The notes beneath the pieces are model-generated. The model was not told the origin of the DNA. It worked only from the letters and a program-made list of their open reading frames with translations, and made no database searches. Of a stretch of 35,105 bases of DNA, positions 34,422 through 35,105 are shown in pieces. The position numbers were made by a program, and so were the translations under genes. Location of the stretch: positions 48,361,728 through 48,396,832 of the forward strand of contig NC_068988.1 in assembly GCF_001194135.2 (NCBI RefSeq), in the 5' to 3' direction. The first letter of the stretch is position 1. Every line of letters starts with the position of its first letter. Source of the stretch: Octopus bimaculoides (taxonomy: Eukaryota).

Positions 34422-35105
34422 AGTAGTTTTATTTTTATAACGTGCTTTCACTTCACTACCGAGCGCAGCTCTGTGCGCCTTGGGTATGTGCTGTGGTTTG
34501 CTGTGGTGCTCTTATGTTTACTGTATTGAAAGTGTTTTGCGTAGAATGTGTGCAGTGCCCAGTAGTGCACTTTTCTGTATGTTATATATATTTGTAAGTC
34601 CTGGTGTTTTTGTTATGTATTTGTCTGAATATTTTTCTATTATACCTAAGGCACCTACTATGATAGGAATTGTTTCTGTTTTTAGATTCCTCATTCGAGT
34701 TATCTCTATTTTCAAGTCTTTGTATTTTGAAAAATTTTCCATTTCTTTTAGAGAAATGTTGTCATCTGCTGGTATTGATACATCAATTACAAAGCATTTT
34801 TTTTCTTCATGATCTTTGACAACCATATCTGGTCTATTTGCCTTAATTTCTCTATCTGTGTGTATTGGCATATCCCAGAGTATGGTTTGCTTTCTCGTTT
34901 TCTGTGACCTTTTCTGGCGTGTGTTTATACCATCTTTTTTGCGTTGTTATTCCATAGTGCTGGCATAGCTTCCAGTGTATATAGGTCCCAGCCCTGTCGT
35001 GTCTGTGAATATATTCCTTCTTAGCCAGGACTGGGCAGCCAGAGATAATATGATTTATTGTTTCTTGTCCATCTCCACATATTCTACAGTTACTTGTTAT
35101 ATTTC
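34422..35105 (-). mobile_element. R4/Dong-like non-LTR retrotransposon 3' end (CCHC zinc knuckle, RLE domain, 3' UTR), continuing beyond the window
   Basis: CRICGDGQETINHIISGCPVL (CCHC), RHD..IHWKLC, ILWDMPIHTDREIKANRPDMVV..IDVSIPADDN..KYKDL (PD-(D/E)xK-type endonuclease), ALLGTAHILRKTLSIQ*, a short UTR, then (TAA)n. Confidence 0.9.

Overview
This is a eukaryotic, AT-rich, gap-containing window that looks intergenic or intronic. The SINE types and microsatellite density suggest an octopus or other coleoid cephalopod genome (inference). No intact protein-coding gene is evident, and most listed ORFs are translations of microsatellites or N-gaps. The window holds: three decayed Tc1/mariner transposase remnants plus a short inverted Tc1 duplicate and a 119-bp mariner-type MITE; two copies of an RTE-clade LINE ending in C2H2 zinc fingers, one missing its RT core; three pieces of an R4/Dong-like RLE LINE, the youngest ending at a (TAA)n tract; two tRNA-like SINE families, including a recurrent dimer; a ~170-bp near-spacerless palindrome; a 16-bp minisatellite; and two U6 snRNA-derived sequences. 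The most striking observation is a U6 copy, complete at its 3' end, joined directly to a retroposon 3' tail and an A-rich end. This is a candidate U6/retroposon chimera or U6-headed SINE. All calls were made by eye, and element boundaries are approximate unless a junction is quoted.
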